A stretch of DNA of 64,000 nucleotides from a virus (Duplodnaviria > Heunggongvirae > Uroviricota > Caudoviricetes > Demerecviridae): IMG/VR virus record IMGVR_UViG_2974579171_000001, positions 1 through 64,000 of that record, one strand, 5' to 3'. The translations under genes and the position numbers were made by a program. Every line of letters begins with the position of its first letter. Position 1 is the first letter of the stretch. The notes beneath the pieces were generated by a model, which worked only from the letters and a program-made list of their open reading frames with translations, ran no database searches and was not told the origin of the DNA. Of this stretch, positions 1 through 6,952 are shown piece after piece.

Positions 1-1124
1 CCAGCCACGTTATGTTTCTGGCAGATGGATTTGAAAGACGAGCTAACAACCATCTGTTCTTTCCAGTCATACATATCAATGGTTTTAGAGTCTGGAAGTC
101 GGGTTTGGTTAATATAGTCCAGTAAAGCTACTGTAACTTTATCGCCATATCTAGCAACTAGTTTATTTAGTTCTACGTCAACTGTTGTAATAGACAGCTC
201 AGGGTCATAAACAATAATCATAGGAGTATGTAGCTCATACCCTTCTATTAGCTTACTCTCCATATCGTAGAAATCACTCATCTTAGCCATTGTGTACTGT
301 TTAACGAAGTTATCAAAAAGCTCTTCACCCCCATTAAACATTCTAGCTCTAGTTCTGGCTAATCTCAATAGGGCTGCACCTTCTAGAGTATTATTACGCA
401 TTGCTAATGCTGATACACCAGCTAACATGGCTAGATTACGTCTAAATACTTCATGTTCTTTCATCTCAATTGAGAAGTATGGAGCAATATCTCCATTCAA
501 ATATTGCTGAACCTGTATGTTTGAACAGATAATGGATTTACCAGTACCACGCCAACCACCAAGCAGTAACGTTTCTGTGCGAGCTAAACCAATTTGAGCG
601 TCGAACTCATTACAAATACCAAGAGCGATTAAGTTCAGTTTGGTATCTTCTTCTCTCTGGAAAATACGCATGTTATCTGCGTTGAATACTTTTCCAGTAT
701 TCGTTACTTTCTCTTCTAATTTTAAGTGAAGGGAGGCAACTCGGTTGAGAATTTCTCCCTGATCCAGCATTGTTAAATCTTGAAGCACGTCTGTTTCTAG
801 AAGCTTCAGGAATAAATCCTGTGTATATTCGGCCTCTAGGACTTCAAGTGCCTGTTCCATGCTCACTTCTGGAATTTGAGTGTTAGCTAAGACGACTAGA
901 GCTTGAGAAAGGCGGGCGTTCCTATTAGCTTCAAGCATAAGTGCGTCAATGGACGGCATTGTGTTATATTTTTTATAATAATTCTGGACGGCTTGGTAAA
1001 TTGAGGAGAAAGCGTCATTAAAATGATCTTTATGCAGTTTTGAGAATGTTTCCAATGCTATTTGCTTCTGTTCGGAAGCTAGAAGCATCTTCAACACTAC
1101 AGCTTGCACGTTAAACAAGGTCAT
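1..1124 (-). CDS. DnaB-like replicative DNA helicase, N-terminal part (gene continues beyond window start)
   Basis: Minus-strand frame is open from the ATG at 1124 (AAGGAGA Shine-Dalgarno upstream) to the window edge. Translation MTLFNVQAVVLKML... contains a RecA/DnaB-type P-loop (LLLGGWRGTGKS). Absent from the ORF track because it is truncated. Confidence 0.65.
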   Translation of the reverse strand, partial: MTLFNVQAVVLKMLLASEQKQIALETFSKLHKDHFNDAFSSIYQAVQNYYKKYNTMPSIDALMLEANRNARLSQALVVLANTQIPEVSMEQALEVLEAEYTQDLFLKLLETDVLQDLTMLDQGEILNRVASLHLKLEEKVTNTGKVFNADNMRIFQREEDTKLNLIALGICNEFDAQIGLARTETLLLGGWRGTGKSIICSNIQVQQYLNGDIAPYFSIEMKEHEVFRRNLAMLAGVSALAMRNNTLEGAALLRLARTRARMFNGGEELFDNFVKQYTMAKMSDFYDMESKLIEGYELHTPMIIVYDPELSITTVDVELNKLVARYGDKVTVALLDYINQTRLPDSKTIDMYDWKEQMVVSSSFKSICQKHNVA

Positions 1125-1155
1125 TCTCCTTTGCACGCTTTCGTGCCTTCTAAAT

Positions 1156-1190
1156 GCAAAAAGGGGAAGGAGCATAGCCCCCTCCCCTTA
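1156..1190 (-). terminator. rho-independent terminator (minus strand) after D5-like gene
   Basis: On the minus strand, AAGGGGAGGGGGCTATGCTCCTTCCCCTT forms a stem-loop and is followed by TTTTGC. Confidence 0.45.
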
Positions 1191-1206
1191 GGTTTAATTT
1201 ACCAGA

Positions 1207-1974
1207 TTATTCAGCAGCCGCAGCTTTTGCATCCAGTTTAGCACGCTTAGCGGCACCATCATAGTCCTTAGCAACCAGACCACGACGAGACAGCATAGAT
1301 TTAACACCGCGCTCAGACTTACCAGTTTTCTCAGCGATCTCAGCAACAGTCATGTTAACCAGATCCAGACCTTCTAACAGATCTTCACGAGTTTTAGCAC
1401 TTGAAGTTTCCTGTACCGGCATAGCAGCAATACGACCTTCACGAAGCAGGCTCAGAGCTTTACCGCGGATCTGCTTAATATTGCGACCGAAGTGAGCAGC
1501 GATAGCTTCGATAGTAGCACCAGCAACAACCTGATTAACAAAATCAGTTTCTTCATCCGGAGTGAAGGAACGAACAGCAGCAGCTTTTTCGGTTGGCTTA
1601 ACAGAAGCGGTCATTTCCAGGCTCAGAATCTTACCCTGTACCTGCTTAGCACCGAACTGACCACCAGCTACAGCAGCAGCGATTTCAGCATAGGTATACT
1701 GACCAGCATGAGCGTTCAGGAAATCAACCAGTTCAGCTTCCTGCTCAGGAGTCCACGGAGATTTCTGTACTTCATTAGCTTTCTGTACTTCAAAACCTTC
1801 TTTACGCAGTTTAGAGCCAACAGAGCGAGCGGTAACATCTTTGCCAGTTTCAGCGGCCAGTTCAGCAGCGATAGCAGCTACTTGTTCTTGAGAGATTACA
1901 GCAACACCCAGAGCAGTGGCTTTTGCTTTCAGAGACTCGGTTACACCTTCTACGTTCCAGTTCAGTTTAGACAT
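1207..1974 (-). CDS. DNA-binding protein with internally repeated ~45-aa domain (T5 D5-like)
   Basis: 255-aa ORF. A repeated motif (...SVGSKLRKEGFEV / ...GVKSMLSRRGLVAKDY) also occurs in the ORF at 4692-5102. Position next to the ligase matches T5 D5; this is recalled from memory, not verified. Confidence 0.4.
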   Translation of the reverse strand: MSKLNWNVEGVTESLKAKATALGVAVISQEQVAAIAAELAAETGKDVTARSVGSKLRKEGFEVQKANEVQKSPWTPEQEAELVDFLNAHAGQYTYAEIAAAVAGGQFGAKQVQGKILSLEMTASVKPTEKAAAVRSFTPDEETDFVNQVVAGATIEAIAAHFGRNIKQIRGKALSLLREGRIAAMPVQETSSAKTREDLLEGLDLVNMTVAEIAEKTGKSERGVKSMLSRRGLVAKDYDGAAKRAKLDAKAAAAE

Positions 1975-2740
1975 TATTATTTTTCTCCAATAGTTCTTTA
2001 ATCGACAGGATTTCTATCCCATTCGTTTCGGCTTTCTTATAAGATGAGGAAGAACGTTTTGATTCATCCTCACAGATTAGGTATTTGACGTCTTTGGTAA
2101 CGGATTTCTTAACCGTATATCCTAGACCTTCTAAATAGTTTGTTGCATCCGTTCTATTTGCAAAATCTTGCAAAGATCCGGTAATACATACCGTGATTCC
2201 ATTTGGCTGGGCAACTAATTCATCCGTAATGATAATATTAGCTTTAGCACCCGTTGAGAATTTCCACGGTAGTTCGATAACATCCTTGCCTTGTGGGGAA
2301 TTTAGCCAGGCTTTGTAGTTTTCTCCAGCCTTGCCGTCAGCCTTCACATCGTGGAAGCTAGTGCAATTTTGGGATAATTTCTTTGCTGCAACCTCTCCAA
2401 TTAGAGGGATTCCTAAAGACCCGAGAACTGAACCAAAGTCAATGTCTCCGCGAACTTTAGTATTTAATTCGCTAATTAACTTAGCGGCAACCTTGCTACC
2501 CACGGCTCTAACCAAATCTTCTTCGGTTAGGTAAAATAGTTCTGAAATCTTCGTCAGCTCCAGCTTCTCAATAGTTTTTGGACCAAAGCCCTTTAACTTC
2601 ATTTTTGTACAGAAGTTCTCAATTAACTTACTTGATTGCGCTGGACAGTTAGACTTATTCCGACAGAATAATTGTCCGTTGACAAGATCTAGCTTAGAAC
2701 CACAAGAGGGACATTGTGTTGGAATTTCGATTTTCATCAA
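1967..2740 (-). CDS. lig: NAD-dependent DNA ligase, C-terminal segment (Zn-finger, HhH, BRCT)
   Basis: 257 aa. Cys4 motif CPSCGSKL...CRN..CPAQ, helix-hairpin-helix region (GFGPKTIEKL), and a C-terminal BRCT-like tail (ITGSL...LICEDE). Confidence 0.8.
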   Translation of the reverse strand: MMKIEIPTQCPSCGSKLDLVNGQLFCRNKSNCPAQSSKLIENFCTKMKLKGFGPKTIEKLELTKISELFYLTEEDLVRAVGSKVAAKLISELNTKVRGDIDFGSVLGSLGIPLIGEVAAKKLSQNCTSFHDVKADGKAGENYKAWLNSPQGKDVIELPWKFSTGAKANIIITDELVAQPNGITVCITGSLQDFANRTDATNYLEGLGYTVKKSVTKDVKYLICEDESKRSSSSYKKAETNGIEILSIKELLEKNNNV

Positions 2741-2767
2741 ATTTCTTCCTTATCAATTTATATAAAT

Positions 2768-2796
2768 ATTATAGCAAGTATTTAAGCATTTAGCAA
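2768..2796 (-). promoter_or_regulatory. T5-type early promoter inside the ligase split (drives C-terminal ligase segment)
   Basis: Minus strand TTGCTA, 17-bp spacer, TATAAT (plus strand reads attata..17..tagcaa), then cATAAATTga. Confidence 0.5.
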
Positions 2797-2939
2797 CTAC
2801 AATTTTAACTAACTTTGCTTACCCTCGCCATAACTTTCTATCCCTCAACTGAATGATAATAGTATATACCTAAGCGGCGAAAATGTCAATAACCACTTTA
2901 TAATTCCGATATGGTAGATGGGTAGCAAAGGGTTATGTA

Positions 2940-3911
2940 TTAATCGTATACTCGCTCTACTATGCACGGGATTACACCACCAGCGCGAATTACTCGAATC
3001 TGACAACCGATCTCTAGATCGAGAGAGTTAATATAATCAACGTTATTAAGAGTCGCTTTAACAATTGTAGCATCATCAATAATTACCGGTTCGAAATAAC
3101 CAACTGGAGTTACTTTACCAGAAGCCCCTACCTGCCATTCAACTTTAGTAAGAGTTGTAATCTCGCCTTCTTCATCCTCTTTAATAGCGAACGCCCCGCG
3201 AGGGAATTTATTAGTCCAGCCTTCTCGGAAGAATTTGTTGTTGTCATTAATACGAACAACTTTACCATCCGTCGGAATCCATTCAAAGAAGGAACGCACA
3301 TTAACAACTGTTAAGAAGTCTTCATTCTCTAGCCAAAGCATATCTTTTAAATATGATTCTGTAATGCCTACAGAATCAGCAGAACACTGGATACCATATG
3401 CAACGAAGATTAAACCACCTTCCCCGATACGTTGTACGAAATCATCGCTATCTTTGAGGTTAATAGCACCAGAGGCAAAGTTACGTTTATTTTCTACTTC
3501 TTTTGTAATTAGAACTTCACCAGTGATTTGAGTAGGTACTTTTTGGGAAATCTTTTTAGGGATGTTCAGCAATCTTACGTTGCTTGTGACATCATTCCCT
3601 AGAATACCATTACCACGAGTTAGTGCTTGAACAAATTCTCCATTAATATATAACAGAGAAATCGCACAACCATCTAACTTATCAGTTTCTACCTGACCTA
3701 ACGGGTTAAATGGGGGTTTATCTCCACGATTATAATAAACTTTCTGTAAAGAATACATACGATACAGATGTGGAATATCGCCCTTAGGCCCGATCTCTTC
3801 TTCTAACGGAAATCTTTTAATCAGACGATCATATTCTTCGTCAGAGATTAAAGACATTCCCTGGTAATACGCTTCTTGGCAACGTTTAATAAAGTCTTTT
3901 ACATTAGTCAT
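2940..3911 (-). CDS. lig: NAD-dependent DNA ligase, N-terminal segment (adenylation domain with KxDG, OB fold)
   Basis: 323 aa. Adenylation motif TDKLDGCAIS (KxDG) and LigA-type Ia/adenylation/OB architecture. Separated from the C-terminal segment by a 199-bp spacer. Confidence 0.85.
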   Translation of the reverse strand: MTNVKDFIKRCQEAYYQGMSLISDEEYDRLIKRFPLEEEIGPKGDIPHLYRMYSLQKVYYNRGDKPPFNPLGQVETDKLDGCAISLLYINGEFVQALTRGNGILGNDVTSNVRLLNIPKKISQKVPTQITGEVLITKEVENKRNFASGAINLKDSDDFVQRIGEGGLIFVAYGIQCSADSVGITESYLKDMLWLENEDFLTVVNVRSFFEWIPTDGKVVRINDNNKFFREGWTNKFPRGAFAIKEDEEGEITTLTKVEWQVGASGKVTPVGYFEPVIIDDATIVKATLNNVDYINSLDLEIGCQIRVIRAGGVIPCIVERVYD

Positions 3912-3942
3912 TTATTTGTATCTCTCATTAATTTATATAAAT

Positions 3943-3972
3943 ATTATATAACAAAACTGAGTTGAAAGCAAA
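3943..3972 (-). promoter_or_regulatory. T5-type early promoter for ligase N-terminal segment
   Basis: Plus strand reads attaatttatataaatattatata...agcaaa, the reverse complement of TTTGCT, ~17 bp, TATAAT, cATAAATTAAT. Confidence 0.5.
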
Positions 3973-3998
3973 TACATTTATAAAGAAAAAGCCAAGAA

Positions 3999-4307
3999 CT
4001 AGGCATTCTTGGCTTTGAGTTCTTCAGCTCGTTTCTGTACTTCATGTAAAACCTCAGATTCGCTAAGAATCTGTGTAAATGCATAGAAAAGCTGTGATGT
4101 TGTTTCTAGGGTGTAAGGAAAAGAGAAGCCAGATTTCGTTGGAAACCATTCATCATTAATATCAAGAAGCCAGTAACGAATACCCATGTATAGATTCCCA
4201 CGAAATTCAGATACTGTTAATCTTACTTGTTCTCCCTCCTTCTCCCAAAGTATGATGGACTGGTCATCAACGTGTCCTTCATAGTTTTGATTTACCTGTT
4301 CGCTCAT
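3999..4307 (-). CDS. PC4/YdbC-like ssDNA-binding protein
   Basis: 102 aa. Motif VRLTVSEFRGNLYMGIRYWLLD...PTKSGFSFP resembles the PC4 fold signature. Confidence 0.4.
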   Translation of the reverse strand: MSEQVNQNYEGHVDDQSIILWEKEGEQVRLTVSEFRGNLYMGIRYWLLDINDEWFPTKSGFSFPYTLETTSQLFYAFTQILSESEVLHEVQKRAEELKAKNA

Positions 4308-4357
4308 TTACATATCCCAAATACACAAAAAGCCCCATATAGGGGCTAATTGGTTTC

Positions 4358-4654
4358 TTATCGGCCTACTGGAGAAGCACGATCTAACTCTGATTGGAGG
4401 CTAGTCACACGACGGACTTTATCGACAGGAATAAAACGGAAGCTATCATTAGTACGAGAGAAGACAAGGATCTCATCATCTTTCGCTTTACGAATACGTT
4501 CACGTTTAATACGCTCAGCCAGATATTTATCTTGGGCTGGATCAAATTCCATCGTACCCTGAAGGTACGTGGTTCCTTTCTGACGAAGTTTTTCGTAATG
4601 AAGATAAAACTCACCAAATTTTTCACATTGTGCAATAATTTCAGCTTTGGTCAT
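4358..4654 (-). CDS. hypothetical protein
   Basis: 98-aa ORF, co-oriented in the operon. Confidence 0.45.
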   Translation of the reverse strand: MTKAEIIAQCEKFGEFYLHYEKLRQKGTTYLQGTMEFDPAQDKYLAERIKRERIRKAKDDEILVFSRTNDSFRFIPVDKVRRVTSLQSELDRASPVGR

Positions 4655-4691
4655 AACTGTAGTTCCTTTTGTTGGTGGATTTATCTAAAAA

Positions 4692-5102
4692 TTACTTAGT
4701 GATAGCTCGGATTGCTTCTGCCAGATGAGCAGCCGCTTTACCGGTCAGTTTGTCGATAATTGCATCATCCAGAAAATCTGGTGCTAGGCCAGCATCAGAG
4801 AATGCTGAATGAAGGTCGGCATGAGCTTGGGCTTTGGAAGTACGAGAACCGCCAGAAGCTTTTTCTCCAGTAGATGCGCTAGATTTAGAAGCAGAGCCAG
4901 CAGCTTTCTTGATATACAAACCTGCTTTAGTCAGCTTCATACGAAAACCGTTCGGAGTTACACCATTTTCCTGGGCAATTTCGCTAACAATTTCCATGCT
5001 AACACCCGGACGTTCATCCTCTGGGAATTGCTCCATACGAGCAACGTATTCGGAAGACATTTTTTCGAACAGTTCATCAGTCCACTGAGTTGGAGTAGTC
5101 AT
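4692..5102 (-). CDS. hypothetical protein sharing the D5-like repeat motif
   Basis: 136 aa. VTPNGFRMKLTKAGLY resembles repeat units of the 1207-1974 protein. Own T5-type promoter at 5125-5160. Confidence 0.5.
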   Translation of the reverse strand: MTTPTQWTDELFEKMSSEYVARMEQFPEDERPGVSMEIVSEIAQENGVTPNGFRMKLTKAGLYIKKAAGSASKSSASTGEKASGGSRTSKAQAHADLHSAFSDAGLAPDFLDDAIIDKLTGKAAAHLAEAIRAITK

Positions 5103-5208
5103 ATTTTATATTTCCTTAATTAAGAATTAAACAGAATAGTTCTTTCAAACTATGAGAATATTATATCAAGAATTATAGGGTTAAGCAACTGAAATTTTTC
5201 GGTAATTG

Positions 5209-5463
5209 CTACACATCTAGTTCAACAATCTCCCAATCGTCGGCCAGAGCCTCGTCTAGGGTAAGGTTTACTTGACGGATAAGTGGAGATTCCATACCGT
5301 TCTCCCACACATGTTCGGTCACTGTACCCTGCTCTACGTTAAATTCTAAAACCACTGTAAAGTATTTATTATTTTCCCAACTATCCCGCTGTAGATATTT
5401 TACTTCCCCATCTTTAAGCAAATCTGTTAGCTTACTCACGGCGTTTTCCTTTTTCTTTATCAA
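5209..5463 (-). CDS. hypothetical protein
   Basis: 84-aa ORF. Confidence 0.4.
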   Translation of the reverse strand: MIKKKENAVSKLTDLLKDGEVKYLQRDSWENNKYFTVVLEFNVEQGTVTEHVWENGMESPLIRQVNLTLDEALADDWEIVELDV

Positions 5464-6136
5464 GTTTCAGGGCAGCCTTAACAGCTTCGTTAATCAACGT
5501 AATAATTTCTTCACGAGTCCACTTATATCCTAGAGATTTTACATCAACCCCTAGCTTTTCCAGATGTTTAACGGAAGCCAGCTCGTAATTCATATAATGG
5601 ACGTTCTGTTGTTTGCCTTCTGATAGAAGCCATACACGGTAGCAACCAACAGGATTATCCATTGCTTTTTTGATTTCACCGATACACTGGTATCCAGGAA
5701 CCCAAACAAGTTCACCAACTGCAAATTCTTCTGCTACAGCATCATCAGGAATAATCGGAGGATTCAATGGATCTACAATATCATTCAAACGAAGCAGAGC
5801 ACCGTATCGTTCCAGAACAGATTTAACCATTGCTACAGAGCGATAATTACGATCGGCAATTTCTTCGAAAGAATCACCAGATAAATACTGCTCAATAACG
5901 TTAGCTAACTCAATGCCTTCAATGAGTGTGCCACGTTTCTTTTTCTTCATTTCGGCAACTTGAATCTGGCGGTCTTGCCATTCTTCAATCATCCTTTCCA
6001 TAGTTGGATTGGATGATACGCCTAGCATTTCACATGCTGCTTTCTTAGTACCACCGTTCTCCAGGTGCTCTATGACCTTTTTAAAGACTTCATCCGGGAT
6101 TTCATGGATATGTTTCTTTCTGCGAGAACCAGCCAT
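5432..6136 (-). CDS. helix-turn-helix protein transcribed from PN25
   Basis: 234 aa. N-terminal HTH-like segment (GGTKKAACEMLGVSSNPTMERMI). The PN25 promoter lies immediately upstream. Confidence 0.55.
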   Translation of the reverse strand: MAGSRRKKHIHEIPDEVFKKVIEHLENGGTKKAACEMLGVSSNPTMERMIEEWQDRQIQVAEMKKKKRGTLIEGIELANVIEQYLSGDSFEEIADRNYRSVAMVKSVLERYGALLRLNDIVDPLNPPIIPDDAVAEEFAVGELVWVPGYQCIGEIKKAMDNPVGCYRVWLLSEGKQQNVHYMNYELASVKHLEKLGVDVKSLGYKWTREEIITLINEAVKAALKLDKEKGKRRE

Positions 6137-6167
6137 ATTTAAACTCCTCTCTCAAATTTATGAATCT

Positions 6168-6197
6168 ATTATACAGAAAAATTTTCCTGAAAGCAAA
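6168..6197 (-). promoter_or_regulatory. T5 early promoter PN25 (minus strand)
   Basis: Reverse complement of 6141-6200 reads tcgtaaaaatttatttgctttcaggaaaatttttctgtataatagattcataaatttgagagaggag. This matches the PN25 sequence as I recall it. Confidence 0.7.
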
Positions 6198-6421
6198 TAA
6201 ATTTTTACGATTCCTTGAGCAAAGAAGCAAGTTCAGCATAGACTTTATCTAACTCAAAGCCAATGCGAAGAGACACGTTTGTTTTCCGTTGTTTAAGTAA
6301 CCACTCGGATATGTTAGGGATGCCAGCTAGTCTATGCGGTACCACCCTACATAGCTTTTCCGAAGTGTCGTAAACAGGAATTTTACGTTCTTTTACTGGG
6401 AACTTCCTTGTTTCCCATTTT

Positions 6422-6952
6422 TTATTCTTCACTGTCATATCTCTCCGAGGGATTAAATTCACCAAACAGTTCTTTAACTCCCATAAGGTATAGCTGATGG
6501 GCTTCTTCCGGGGTATCTCGTCTACCAAAAATATGCTGCTTTCCATCACAGTAAGCGTAGGCCATATACCTATTACCTCGTTTTACAACTCCAGTGAATC
6601 CGGTAGAATTAGTAGAACACTTCTTATTCTTTCCATTTTCGGAGTAGGTAGCCTTACGTAAATTATCCCACAAGTTGTTTAAGTTATCCCCGTCTTTGTG
6701 GTCGATAGTTTTATCCCCAGGATCTTCGCCTGTTTTTATAAACCAGATTATTCTATGGGCTAAGTAAGCTGTCCGCTCTCCCTTTATAGTAAACTCTAAC
6801 TGTCTCCCAGTTTTCATTTTGGAGCCCGCTACCCTTCCCTTCCTTGGGCCAGATAACCAAATTAAGTCCCCAGTACTTTCGTCATACTTAAGCTTTTTCA
6901 GGATAAATGCCATAGGAGGCATTGGTTTATGTATCTTCATTGGTTGCTCCAA
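6422..6952 (-). CDS. HNH homing endonuclease (HNH_3 + AP2-like)
   Basis: 176 aa. IDHKDGDNLNNLWDNLR HNH motif. Paralog of the ORF at 19111-19608. Overlaps the 3' end of the upstream 928-aa gene by 26 nt. Confidence 0.8.
   Translation of the reverse strand: MEQPMKIHKPMPPMAFILKKLKYDESTGDLIWLSGPRKGRVAGSKMKTGRQLEFTIKGERTAYLAHRIIWFIKTGEDPGDKTIDHKDGDNLNNLWDNLRKATYSENGKNKKCSTNSTGFTGVVKRGNRYMAYAYCDGKQHIFGRRDTPEEAHQLYLMGVKELFGEFNPSERYDSEE

Noticed and set aside
1492-2001. 169-aa plus-strand ORF antisense to the D5-like gene
   Set aside because: It lies entirely inside a well-supported minus-strand gene. It has a low-complexity S/F-rich translation and no promoter or RBS.
4350-4699. Plus-strand ORFs 4350-4562 and 4394-4699 and minus 4405-4635
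   Set aside because: These are overlapping alternate-frame ORFs within the 4358-4654 minus-strand gene. The minus-strand gene fits the operon and has the better coding context.
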